From a virus, in UHGV virus genome UHGV-0317022: a DNA stretch of 22,796 nucleotides. The stretch is one strand, 5' to 3'. The position numbers and the translations under genes are program-made. The notes beneath the pieces were generated by a model. That model was not told where the DNA came from. It worked only from the letters and a program-made list of their open reading frames with translations, and did no database searches. Below, in pieces: positions 9,759 to 17,862 of the stretch (position 1 is its first letter; each line of letters opens with the position of its first letter).

Positions 9759-10556
9759 ATGATTGATATTCATGCCGAATTAAACGAATACAAAAAAGAT
9801 TTTATTTCTTTACGTGAATTTCTTGAGGTCGTGCTTAAGGTCGCTGGTGATGATTATGATGTTTCAGATGTCATAACTTGGATACTCAGGAGAATAAGCG
9901 GAGAACATATCCGCCTGTACACAGTAAATGAATTTAAGCTGTTGGAATCTTTTTGTAACCCGTATCGGGATGAATTTGATTATGATGTTCTTTATAGAAA
10001 TCTGAATGCGGTTCGGAAACGTGGTTGTTTACCTGGTGAGAGGGATGAAAATGGTTTTCTGGTGTCCGGTTATTGGGAAGATCCCGAATTTGAGAACATT
10101 GGATTTATAAGGGGTGAAATTTTCGCAATTTTTCCCGATGTCCTTGACGCGTTAACGAAGCTGGAAGGCGCTAACTCTTCTGAAAATGACGAGGCACAAG
10201 GACGCGATATTGAAAAGAAAGAGTTGCGTACAGAGGATGATTTATTATCCCAAATCGCAATGCTGGAAAAAGAAAACGCAGAGTTAAGGGCAAGGATAGA
10301 GCAGTTAGAGCAAGAGCGCCCGATACACTTATATAAATACTGGGATAAAGACCCATTAGCTAAGGCTATTGAGATTAGAAACAGAGAGTGGGCCAATTAC
10401 GATCCAGAAAATGATTTTGCCACTAGGGGAAATCAAGAAGCGATAACCAGGGAGCTTAAGCAGTGGGGGGCAAGTAATGCACTTGCAACGCTCATAGAGA
10501 GGACTGCCTGCCCTATTAACCGAGACAACAGCCAAAAGAACGCAAAGCCGGATTAA
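9759..10556 (+). CDS. Hypothetical acidic coiled-coil protein
   Basis: ORF with GAGG 8 nt upstream of ATG 9759 (the track start at 9753 is a GTG). Contains a charged coiled-coil-like segment LLSQIAMLEKENAELRARIEQLEQE. Confidence 0.55.
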   Translation: MIDIHAELNEYKKDFISLREFLEVVLKVAGDDYDVSDVITWILRRISGEHIRLYTVNEFKLLESFCNPYRDEFDYDVLYRNLNAVRKRGCLPGERDENGFLVSGYWEDPEFENIGFIRGEIFAIFPDVLDALTKLEGANSSENDEAQGRDIEKKELRTEDDLLSQIAMLEKENAELRARIEQLEQERPIHLYKYWDKDPLAKAIEIRNREWANYDPENDFATRGNQEAITRELKQWGASNALATLIERTACPINRDNSQKNAKPD

Positions 10557-10570
10557 CGCACCATACCGCA

Positions 10571-10714
10571 TACCCTGAGGGTGATTTACTGTTACCCTGA
10601 GGGTATTTTTTTATCTTCCCCGTCAATTTTACCATCACCCTTAGGGTAGATTTCCTCCCGATTACCATCACCCTTAGGGTTAATTTCCTTCCGGTAACCA
10701 TTAGGCCTGAGGGT
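10571..10714. promoter_or_regulatory. Cluster of five near-palindromic CCCT(G/T)AGGG sites upstream of alpA
   Basis: TACCCTGAGGGT at 10571-10582 and 10593-10604, CACCCTTAGGGT at 10637-10648 and 10669-10680, GCCTGAGGGT around 10704-10714. The two CACCCTTAGGGT copies sit in a longer direct repeat TACCATCACCCTTAGGGT(A/T).ATTTCC. Confidence 0.55.
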
Positions 10715-10783
10715 ATGAAAATATTCGTTATTTCTGTGCCAGGATTACCTCGTCAAATTGAGTAGACGTTATGAGGTAAATAT

Positions 10784-10981
10784 ATGTCAAATACGCTTAT
10801 TCGTTTAACAGAAGTTCAGCGTAGAACTGGATATAGCAAGGCATGGATTTATCGCCTTATGGGGCAAGGTAAATTTCCTGCATCAGTTAAAATTGGCTCG
10901 CGAGCTATTGCTTTCGTTGAGAGTGAAATTGACGAGTGGATTAATCAGCGTATTGCGGAATCACGCGGAACAGCTACCTGA
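10784..10981 (+). CDS. alpA: AlpA-family transcriptional regulator (excisionase-like HTH)
   Basis: 65 aa: MSNTLIRLTEVQRRTGYSKAWIYRLMGQGKFPASVKIGSRAIAFVESEIDEWI, the characteristic AlpA signature. Confidence 0.85.
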   Translation: MSNTLIRLTEVQRRTGYSKAWIYRLMGQGKFPASVKIGSRAIAFVESEIDEWINQRIAESRGTAT

Positions 10982-11058
10982 TTAAATGGCTACGGGGCTA
11001 TTTCCCCCAGCTATCCACCAGCAAATAAAAGTAACTTAATTCGATAGCAGGAGTTTTT

Positions 11059-11859
11059 ATGAAATTTCCAAAAACGCCCGTACAGGGGCGGGGCTTCGTT
11101 CGGCCTGAAAACCAGAATCTGCAAAATTTCGGCGAAATTATCCCGATTATTTCCGGCGTTATTGGCGGGAGTGAAACCACTATTGTTAGCGCCAGAGCGT
11201 TACATAAGGCGTTAGGTGTAGGGCGCGTTTTCCGTTCGTGGATCAAGGGGCGCATTGAAGAATACGGGTTCACGGAAGGCGTGGATTATGAGGTTGTTGA
11301 ATATTTGAGCCGCCCCGATCCGGTGAGCGCAAAATCTCGCCAGCAAACCGCTCTTGAGTACATCATCACAGTGAACATGGCGAAAGAACTGGCGATGGTC
11401 GAACGTACCGAACAGGGCCGCGCCGTTCGCCAGTACTTTATCAAATGCGAGGAGGAGCTACACAAGGTTGCGCCTGTTCGTTCCGCAGCGTTACGCCGGG
11501 AACTGAAAGCCCGTATCACAGTTGCCAGCTACTTTAAGCCAATGTGTGCCGCGCTGGAGGCGTACCGGGCTGAACTGGGTAAAAACACACTCCAGCACCA
11601 CTACACCACGGAAGCGAACATGCTGGCGCGTATCGTACTGGGTGGCATGACTGCAAAACAGTGGGCACTGGCGAACGGCATTACAGGCGAACCACGCGAC
11701 CACATGAGCACGTTGCAGCTTGAGCACCTTTCTTACCTTGAGCAGAGCAATATCACGCTGATTGAGTTAGGCCAGGACTACCACCAGCGGAAGGCTGAAT
11801 TAATTCGTCTTTCGCAGCGTTGGTTAGCCCGTCGCATGGAGGAAAACAGCCATGTGTAA
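11059..11859 (+). CDS. AntA/AntB-type antirepressor-domain protein
   Basis: N-terminal SARALHKALGVGRVFRSWIKGRIEEYGFTEGVDYEV fits the AntA-domain pattern. AGGAG lies 6 nt before the ATG. Confidence 0.6.
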   Translation: MKFPKTPVQGRGFVRPENQNLQNFGEIIPIISGVIGGSETTIVSARALHKALGVGRVFRSWIKGRIEEYGFTEGVDYEVVEYLSRPDPVSAKSRQQTALEYIITVNMAKELAMVERTEQGRAVRQYFIKCEEELHKVAPVRSAALRRELKARITVASYFKPMCAALEAYRAELGKNTLQHHYTTEANMLARIVLGGMTAKQWALANGITGEPRDHMSTLQLEHLSYLEQSNITLIELGQDYHQRKAELIRLSQRWLARRMEENSHV

Positions 11860-13159
11860 CGCTCTGACCGTTACAAAAAGAGAAAGCGCCCCGTTGCCGG
11901 AGCGCCTTTGTGAACGAATAGCCTACTGCGCCATATTGCTTACTGTCTACGAGGCAGATTATAGCGTTGTGGTCGCACAGAGTGAAGGCGCTGATCACCG
12001 TTACTACAGCACGCCAGAAATGCAGAATATTTTGCTGCAAAATGTCGTTGGTCACACTGTCCGGAAAGCAAAAAATTTTGCTGGTGGCGCGACTGATGCG
12101 ATTTTGTCAGGTCGCCAGGTGCTGATCAATCTGATGTCTGATTTCGTTCTGGATAAAACAAAGGCGACCGCAGAGGGCCGCCAGTGGGAAAGCTACATAC
12201 TTGAACGCATCGCCAACAATGCCAGATTTGCGGCTGGTGGGCAATGTGTCAGCTTTGCACCAATGACTCTATGTTTAACTGAGGGTCATTATGGTGAATA
12301 TGCTGGCTTGCTGGTGGGCTATTCCTGCTCTTTAACATTGCCATGCCGCGATGTTTTCCAGGTATGCGACCCCATTTTTGTGCGCCTGTACTCTTTAAGG
12401 AATTTCTCAAGGATAAACGCACAGGGCGCGAATCTGTTTGACTCATGCTCGTACGCTATCTTTCTGCGCTGTCTTTTCCGTGCCGGTGATGGTGTATTGG
12501 TTGATTCTTTGTTGGTCATGGCGCAGCCCTGTAAAACGATGCACCGTAGTTCCTCACACCACGGCGCTGGTGATGGTTACTCCTGTTCTTTGGCCTTGCG
12601 GCGCTGGCGGTATTCAACTTCTCGCTTTAATGCTGCTGTTACAAACTGCCCTGTACTTTCACCAGGCATTTTTACCGCCTCAACATTGTTCATAACTTCA
12701 TGCGGAACCCTTGCCGCAACTGTTTGTGATTTTGCGTTTACTGCTTTTGTCGCCATGTTGTGTACCCCTTACAAAAAACAAATGCAGTATGCAGGAAAAA
12801 AAATAAGTGTTCAACACTTGACGTGTTTAACACCTGGGCTTAAATTGGTGTTCAACACCTTGTTGATGCAAGGTGCAGAAACGACAACGCCCCGCAGTGG
12901 TGGCACACATGCAGGGCGTCTAACCACCAACGATAGCAAGAGTATCGAGGTAGCTATGAGAAATCATACCACACACCCGCAAGGGCGGGACTCGCACAAC
13001 CTGAATAAATACATCTGGCGTTTTATCGCCCTGAGCACGGCACAACCGCGCGTAATTCACATCGAGGCCACCAGCGAACAGGAAGCACGCCAGCAATCTC
13101 CTGATGGCTGCGTGATGGTATTCGCAGCCCGTATTCGCCAGGAGGTGGAACATGTGTAA
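11852..13159 (+). CDS. Open frame of 435 codons; probably not one protein (N-terminal ~130 aa plausible, middle looks non-coding)
   Basis: The start overlaps the previous stop (ATGTGTAA). The N-terminal ~130 aa look protein-like, but the middle translates as low-complexity C/S/T-rich sequence and crosses an AT-rich promoter/operator region. A possible frameshift or missing stop cannot be resolved here. Confidence 0.3.
   Translation: MCNALTVTKRESAPLPERLCERIAYCAILLTVYEADYSVVVAQSEGADHRYYSTPEMQNILLQNVVGHTVRKAKNFAGGATDAILSGRQVLINLMSDFVLDKTKATAEGRQWESYILERIANNARFAAGGQCVSFAPMTLCLTEGHYGEYAGLLVGYSCSLTLPCRDVFQVCDPIFVRLYSLRNFSRINAQGANLFDSCSYAIFLRCLFRAGDGVLVDSLLVMAQPCKTMHRSSSHHGAGDGYSCSLALRRWRYSTSRFNAAVTNCPVLSPGIFTASTLFITSCGTLAATVCDFAFTAFVAMLCTPYKKQMQYAGKKISVQHLTCLTPGLKLVFNTLLMQGAETTTPRSGGTHAGRLTTNDSKSIEVAMRNHTTHPQGRDSHNLNKYIWRFIALSTAQPRVIHIEATSEQEARQQSPDGCVMVFAARIRQEVEHV
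12319..12519 (-). CDS. Small basic protein (66 aa), possible regulator
   Basis: Minus-strand ORF MTNKESTNTPSPARKRQRRKIAYEHESN...; looks more protein-like than the overlapping plus-strand frame. Confidence 0.3.
   Translation of the reverse strand: MTNKESTNTPSPARKRQRRKIAYEHESNRFAPCAFILEKFLKEYRRTKMGSHTWKTSRHGNVKEQE
12576..12756 (-). pseudogene. Small DNA-binding-like protein gene with an apparent +1 frameshift
   Basis: ATG at 12756-12754 with AAGGGG upstream gives MATKAVNAKSQT, then a stop after 19 codons. The adjacent frame continues VAARVPHEVMNNVEAVKMPGESTGQFVTAALKREVEYRQRRKAKEQE to a stop at 12578-12576. One extra A near 12718 would explain the break. Confidence 0.3.
12805..12860. promoter_or_regulatory. 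Divergent promoter/operator region with three GTGTT(C/T)AACAC sites
   Basis: GTGTTCAACAC (12807-12817), GTGTTTAACAC (12823-12833), GTGTTCAACAC (12848-12858). A sigma70-like -35 TTGACG (12818-12823) and -10 TAAATT (12841-12846) with a 17-bp spacer overlap the sites. Confidence 0.5.
12956..13159 (+). CDS. Small hypothetical protein (67 aa), first gene of a coupled small-gene operon
   Basis: GAGG 5 nt upstream of ATG 12956; MRNHTTHPQGRDSHNLNKYIWRFIAL... Lies downstream of the promoter/operator region. Confidence 0.45.
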   Translation: MRNHTTHPQGRDSHNLNKYIWRFIALSTAQPRVIHIEATSEQEARQQSPDGCVMVFAARIRQEVEHV

Positions 13160-13376
13160 TGCAACATGGCCTGATGCAGCGGTAGACGCTATCAAAACGC
13201 TGATGGATTCACTTATTGAGATTTCTGCTATCGCTGGTGTGGCGCATAAACACGCAGCCAGAGAATCAGAATGCATCTCCCATTATTTAGCATTTGTGCA
13301 GCTAAAAGCCGATCAGGCACTGGATAAGGCCGGAAAAATTATCATGGCTGATGTGCAGGAGGTGCACCATGCATAA
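13152..13376 (+). CDS. Small hypothetical protein (74 aa)
   Basis: Start overlaps the previous stop (ATGTGTAA); compact phage-like gene packing. Confidence 0.45.
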   Translation: MCNATWPDAAVDAIKTLMDSLIEISAIAGVAHKHAARESECISHYLAFVQLKADQALDKAGKIIMADVQEVHHA

Positions 13377-13734
13377 CCTGTCAATTTCTGACCTTAACAG
13401 CATTCAGTTTGACGAGAAATTTACCGGGCAGTTGCTGGTCAATGTGGAGAACGGGCGCATAGTGCGTAATTACCACCTGCCGGATGGTGCAATTGCCGGA
13501 AGCGTTGAAGCATTGCTGGAACTGGCGGAACGTGCGCGACTGATTAAGCCGTCAACGAGCCATCACGATGATGATCTGCATTTTACCGGGCGTATGGTGA
13601 GTCACTACGAAAACGGCGTTGAAGTATCCCGCGAACGGCTGCGTGATGATTGCTGTTTCGGCACACTGCCGGAATTTATCGAGTTGCTGACCAGTTGCGG
13701 TTATCAGGTCATTCAGGGGGGTAAACATGCGTGA
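13369..13734 (+). CDS. Small hypothetical protein (~121 aa)
   Basis: ATG 13369 preceded by GGAGGTG; overlaps the previous stop (ATGCATAA). The track start at 13351 is upstream of this likely start. Confidence 0.45.
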   Translation: MHNLSISDLNSIQFDEKFTGQLLVNVENGRIVRNYHLPDGAIAGSVEALLELAERARLIKPSTSHHDDDLHFTGRMVSHYENGVEVSRERLRDDCCFGTLPEFIELLTSCGYQVIQGGKHA

Positions 13735-13960
13735 TGATCGTTTTAATTCCCTGAAACGGGAATTTGATGGCGCACCGGAAGATGCAGCGGGCGCATTGTT
13801 GAGCGTTGCTGACATGATGAAAGCTGCATATTTTCTTATCAATACCAGTGGCTACAAGTCAGAGGGTGAAATGATTCTTAGTATTGCGTCGGACTATGCG
13901 GAATATGTGGCAGAGACGCGTTACAGAAGAAAATTCACGGAGGATGTAAGCCATGCATAA
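13727..13960 (+). CDS. Small hypothetical protein (77 aa)
   Basis: Start overlaps the previous stop; acidic protein. Confidence 0.45.
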   Translation: MRDDRFNSLKREFDGAPEDAAGALLSVADMMKAAYFLINTSGYKSEGEMILSIASDYAEYVAETRYRRKFTEDVSHA

Positions 13961-14153
13961 TCATGAAGCGCATGTACCCGTAGTGCTTAATGTGCCAGAT
14001 GATTTCACCGGACGCGTACTGGTTTACCTGGATAAAGGGAAAGTGAAATCACAATGCCGACTGAAAAGTAATGAGATTGTTGGTTCTCCTGAATTTTTTT
14101 CTGAACTTTGTATTCGTGCGGAAATAAAACCGGAACTGCTGACAGGAAAATAA
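13953..14153 (+). CDS. Small hypothetical protein (66 aa)
   Basis: GGAGGATG upstream; start overlaps the previous stop. Confidence 0.45.
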   Translation: MHNHEAHVPVVLNVPDDFTGRVLVYLDKGKVKSQCRLKSNEIVGSPEFFSELCIRAEIKPELLTGK

Positions 14154-14157
14154 AACC

Positions 14158-14448
14158 ATGAAAAAGAAAAATTCTGGCTTTACTGCCAGCGGCCTCTCTC
14201 GGCCTGAAATCCGCCCCGGTGATATTTCCCGGGACACCAGACGCGGGGGACGGGTGGTTATTCGTCACGTTACGCCAGGCAATATCACCTACCGCCGTGA
14301 GGCTTACGAATATGACTGCGTAATGCCGCGCCGTCAGTTTGATCGTGATTTTATTCTGGTGGAAAACAAACAACAGGCAGTGGCGAGACGTGCAGCCACG
14401 AATATTAAAAAAATCCGGGCAATGTTGGTTGCGGGAGGTAAGAAGTGA
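14158..14448 (+). CDS. Small basic hypothetical protein (96 aa)
   Basis: ORF immediately preceding the primase gene; its stop overlaps the primase GTG start (GTGA). Confidence 0.45.
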   Translation: MKKKNSGFTASGLSRPEIRPGDISRDTRRGGRVVIRHVTPGNITYRREAYEYDCVMPRRQFDRDFILVENKQQAVARRAATNIKKIRAMLVAGGKK

Positions 14449-16250
14449 AAAACGCACCGAGTCTAAAATATCAGCCGAAGGATAAATTCACTGAGGTAAT
14501 CATTTTTGCCGGGACGGATGCTTACGCCCATGCTCAACACTGGATTGAAAGTGAAGGACGAAAACACGGCGATAACGTGCCTCCTGTTTACCTGGGGCCA
14601 AAGCAACTGGCAGACCTGGCGAATATCCGCATTATTGACGAGAAACGCCGTTTTGCGCGTGTCTATATCGCGGGGGAGATAGAGCCAATCCAGATCAATA
14701 CTATCGCTGAAAAGCTGGCGCTGGCTGGCGTACAGGAGGCGAAATTATACAAAGGTATCACCGACCAGGAACCGGAGAACTGGCGCGACTACCTGCAACG
14801 GATCCGCGAACAGGCTGAGCACGGGGAAGTTTCAGTGATGAAATTAGCTACAAAAAATAGTGGTCTACCCAAGCCTGCATTAAATCAGATGGGAGCCAGC
14901 CAGAGAGGGGAAGTGTTACTTGAACATTATGGAGGAGCACTGGCGATAAATGATGATTCTGATGTAGTTCACCATTACAACGGAATTGTTTGGGAGCCTG
15001 TATCTGATAAGGAACTCCAGCGGTCTATGGCGAAGATTTTTATTGATGCCGAAATTAGTTATTCGCAAAACGCCATTAAATTTGCCGTAGAGACAATGAA
15101 ATTGAGTCTACCTGTTATGGGGGGAGCGGACAGAAATCTTATTGGGTTCAGTAACGGTGTTTTTGATATCAGGACAGGAAATTTTCGGGAACACAACAAA
15201 AATGACTGGTTGTTAAATGCCAGTGAATTACCGTTCAGCCCGCCAGAAGAGGGGGAAACGCTGGCAACACATGCGCCGAATTTCTGGAAGTGGTTGCGTC
15301 GTTCGGTGGCGGATAATGCTCGTAAAGCGGATCGCGTACTGGCGGCATTATTCATGGTACTGGCGAACCGGTACGACTGGCAGTTATTCCTTGAGGTAAC
15401 GGGGCCGGGCGGAAGCGGTAAAAGTGTGATGGCGGAGATTTGTACCATGCTGGCGGGTAAGGCCAACACAGTATCGGCAAGCATGAAGGCTCTGGAAGAC
15501 GCAAGGGAACGCGCGTTAGTAGTTGGCTTTTCGCTGATTATCATGCCGGATATGACTCGCTACGCTGGCGATGGTGCAGGAATTAAGGCAATTACTGGCG
15601 GCGACAAGGTGGCAATTGATCCGAAACATAAAGCCCCCTACTCCACACGTATTCCGGCAGTAGTGCTTGCGGTAAACAATAACGCCATGTCATTCAGTGA
15701 CCGAAGCGGGGGGATCTCGCGTCGTAGGGTGATATTTAATTTCTCTGAGGTCGTACCGGAGAACGAACGCGATCCCATGCTGGCGGAAAAGATAGAAGGC
15801 GAACTGGCGGTAGTGATTCGCCATTTGCTAACACGATTTACCGACCAGGACGAAGCTAAAAGACTACTTTATGAGCAGCAAAAATCAGAAGAAGCGCTGT
15901 TGATAAAGCGCGAAGGTGATTCACTGGTGGACTTTTGCGGCTATCTGATGTCGTTGGTTAAATGTGAAGGAATGATGGTGGGCAATGCGGAAATAGTGCC
16001 ATTTAGCCCGAGGCGATACCTGTATCATGCTTATTTAGCCTATATGTCAGCGCATGGCCTGGGAAAACCAGTATCACTGACACGCTTTGGTACTGATATG
16101 CCAGGAGCTATGGCGGAATACGGAAAGGAGTATAAGCGGGCTAAATGCACTAAAGGCCCGGATAAAGGGCGAGTGATAACAAATGTTCTGTTAGATGATG
16201 ATGCTGATGGCTGGTTGCCAGCAGCTACAGGGATTAACGACAGAACATAA
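14445..16250 (+). CDS. Replication primase-helicase (P4 alpha / D5-like, SF3-type NTPase)
   Basis: 601 aa with Walker A VTGPGGSGKSVMAEI and a Walker B-like hhhhPD segment. GGGAGG 6 nt before the GTG start; followed directly by an iteron-containing origin, as in P4/PICI replication modules. Confidence 0.85.
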   Translation: MKNAPSLKYQPKDKFTEVIIFAGTDAYAHAQHWIESEGRKHGDNVPPVYLGPKQLADLANIRIIDEKRRFARVYIAGEIEPIQINTIAEKLALAGVQEAKLYKGITDQEPENWRDYLQRIREQAEHGEVSVMKLATKNSGLPKPALNQMGASQRGEVLLEHYGGALAINDDSDVVHHYNGIVWEPVSDKELQRSMAKIFIDAEISYSQNAIKFAVETMKLSLPVMGGADRNLIGFSNGVFDIRTGNFREHNKNDWLLNASELPFSPPEEGETLATHAPNFWKWLRRSVADNARKADRVLAALFMVLANRYDWQLFLEVTGPGGSGKSVMAEICTMLAGKANTVSASMKALEDARERALVVGFSLIIMPDMTRYAGDGAGIKAITGGDKVAIDPKHKAPYSTRIPAVVLAVNNNAMSFSDRSGGISRRRVIFNFSEVVPENERDPMLAEKIEGELAVVIRHLLTRFTDQDEAKRLLYEQQKSEEALLIKREGDSLVDFCGYLMSLVKCEGMMVGNAEIVPFSPRRYLYHAYLAYMSAHGLGKPVSLTRFGTDMPGAMAEYGKEYKRAKCTKGPDKGRVITNVLLDDDADGWLPAATGINDRT

Positions 16251-16277
16251 TACGAAATTTATAAGCTGAAACGTAAA

Positions 16278-16613
16278 GGTAGACGGTTGGTAGACAGATA
16301 CACTTAACCCTCTACCAACCATCTACTAATTAATGTTTTGAATTATATAGGTATTTTTAATGTGGTAGAGAGGTGGACAGTTTATTTTATATTTCTAAAC
16401 CACGGGGGGGTATATAAAAACAGATAGTTATGGGTTCATTTTTAAAATTTTTATTTTAACTATCTACACTGTCTACTATTTATTAAAAATCATTAATTAT
16501 CAATGTATTAATACGGTAGACAGTTGGTGGACAGTTTGCAGATTGTTTTTTTGTTATATGTTAATAACATTAAATAAATCAATCAATTATATCGGTAGGC
16601 AGTTGGTAGACAG
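16278..16613. repeat. Iteron-type replication origin
   Basis: At least five copies of GGTAGACAGTTGGT(A/G)GACAG-like 20-mers in both orientations (16278-16297, 16311-16327 inverted, 16363-16380, 16461-16478 inverted, 16514-16533, 16594-16613), separated by AT-rich spacers, directly downstream of the primase-helicase gene. Confidence 0.7.
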
Positions 16614-16621
16614 TTGTAACG

Positions 16622-17164
16622 ATGGGGCAAAGCATGACAAAGCTGACCATTAACAGAAAACCGAAAGGCATTTACGGCACGCCGCAGAAAACGATGCAGG
16701 CGGCGCAGCAGCAGGATAAAACCACATCGGCATATAAAGTGATGCCCGGTAACCAGAACGCGCAACAGAAGCCCACAGGGGCGACACCGTGGCGGCATAT
16801 GACCAAACGCCAGCGCAAAAACCGCAGACGCGTTAACCGCCTCACTGAGTTATGGCCAGAATTATTCAGCCGGGAAGCACCGAAGCCGCTTAAGGTGGGG
16901 ATATTCGACGACCTGCTGCAGGATCTCGCCGTCAGGGGGCTGGCATTCGCTCTAGGGGCATTGCGTGCGACGCTGGCATCTTATGCACAGTGTCCGCGCT
17001 ATTACCGCGCCTTAATGGCTGGTGGGGTACGCTACGACCTGAAAGGCCAGCCGTGCGGCGAGGTGACACCACAGGAACAACAGGACGCAGAAACGCGGCT
17101 GGTGGCGCTGAATGAGAAGCGCAAACGTCAGCGCCGGGCAGCAAAGGAGAAAACAGGCGCATGA
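16622..17164 (+). CDS. FinO/ProQ-domain RNA-binding protein
   Basis: LTELWPELFSREAPKPLKVGIFDDLLQDL ... RYDLKGQPCGEVTPQEQ parallels the E. coli ProQ N-terminal domain (PLKIGIFQDL ... RVDLDGNPCGELDEQH) as I remember it. Confidence 0.7.
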   Translation: MGQSMTKLTINRKPKGIYGTPQKTMQAAQQQDKTTSAYKVMPGNQNAQQKPTGATPWRHMTKRQRKNRRRVNRLTELWPELFSREAPKPLKVGIFDDLLQDLAVRGLAFALGALRATLASYAQCPRYYRALMAGGVRYDLKGQPCGEVTPQEQQDAETRLVALNEKRKRQRRAAKEKTGA

Positions 17165-17448
17165 TTCACGACAGTAAAGCCGAAGCACTGGAAGCGCGTG
17201 GTCTGTACCGGAGAGCGGCGGCGCGGTGGGCTGAGGTCATTATGCTGGCGAACGGTGACAAGGCACGGGAACAGGCGGCAAAACGTCGAGCGGAATGTAT
17301 CCACAAGGCAGCACGCCCGCCAGTAAGGCAGGATAATTTCGGGGAGATGCGCGACACCATCAGCCGGGCACATGCCGGGATGGGATTACATCAGCCCAAT
17401 GGTGAGGCATTCAGGAAATACCCTGGATCGAAAAATTGCAATCAGTGA
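17161..17448 (+). CDS. PerC/Pch-family transcriptional regulator-like protein
   Basis: 95 aa starting MIHDSKAEALEARGLYRRAAARWAEVIM, which resembles the PerC/Pch N-terminal signature from memory. Start overlaps the previous stop (ATGA). Confidence 0.55.
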   Translation: MIHDSKAEALEARGLYRRAAARWAEVIMLANGDKAREQAAKRRAECIHKAARPPVRQDNFGEMRDTISRAHAGMGLHQPNGEAFRKYPGSKNCNQ

Positions 17449-17649
17449 CGGAGGCCGGGATTTTTCCCGGCTTTTTTGTGCCAGTAAAAAGCCCGCAGCC
17501 AGAAGTGTTGCGGGCTTTGTTTTTCAGGTGATTGAAGTCAATGGGAAGAACGCGATCATCATGCGTTATCGTTTCATAAATTGCAATGATATAGATCGTC
17601 ATTTCAGTTTATGCAATCATAACCATTGTTTTGTTCAGGAGGTATGACT

Positions 17650-17823
17650 ATGAGAAAAGCCAGCGTGAAACCCGTTTTACTCGCTCGTGATCAGATTGAA
17701 GCATTACAGCGCATCCAGGACGAGGAACGCCGCAATTCTCCGCTGGGGATTGCTCCGAGTATTCATGAGGTCGCCCGACGTTTAATGCAGCGGGCGCTTT
17801 ATCCCGTAGAACGTCCGGCCTGA
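17650..17823 (+). CDS. Small hypothetical protein (57 aa)
   Basis: AGGAGG 7 nt upstream of ATG 17650 (MRKASVKPVLLARDQIEALQRIQDEERR...). The track ORF starts earlier, at 17626. Confidence 0.45.
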   Translation: MRKASVKPVLLARDQIEALQRIQDEERRNSPLGIAPSIHEVARRLMQRALYPVERPA

Positions 17824-17862
17824 TGGTCGTGATTTTTTGGTGAAAAAAGAGAGGTAGTAACA

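Noticed and set aside
8466-9773. Minus-strand ORFs overlapping the integrase gene (8466..8747, 8776..9024, 9395..9709, 9567..9773)
   Set aside because: Antisense to a well-supported integrase gene; translations are low-complexity.
10070-10701. Minus-strand ORFs 10070..10396, 10171..10356, 10356..10571, 10516..10701
   Set aside because: Antisense to the 9759..10556 gene or lying across the palindrome-rich regulatory region upstream of alpA; no start signals.
10998-12055. Minus-strand ORFs 10998..11273, 11286..11519, 11491..11727, 11753..12055
   Set aside because: Antisense to the AntA-like gene and the start of the 11852 gene; no supporting signals.
12438-12695. Hydrophobic 85-aa plus-strand ORF
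   Set aside because: It overlaps the more protein-like minus-strand small genes and part of the long ambiguous frame, and has no clear ribosome-binding site; its hydrophobic look may be a composition artefact. Not excluded, but not supportable.
14005-14457. Minus-strand ORFs 14005..14457 and 14049..14237
   Set aside because: Antisense to the translationally coupled small-gene operon leading into the primase gene.
15059-15544. ORFs 15059..15544 (-) and 15217..15399 (+) inside the primase-helicase gene
   Set aside because: Nested in or antisense to a long gene with clear Walker motifs.
16583-17373. Minus-strand ORFs overlapping the FinO-like and PerC-like genes (16583..16798, 16932..17162, 17128..17373, 17166..17360)
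   Set aside because: Antisense shadows of GC-rich coding sequence; the plus-strand genes carry recognisable family signatures.
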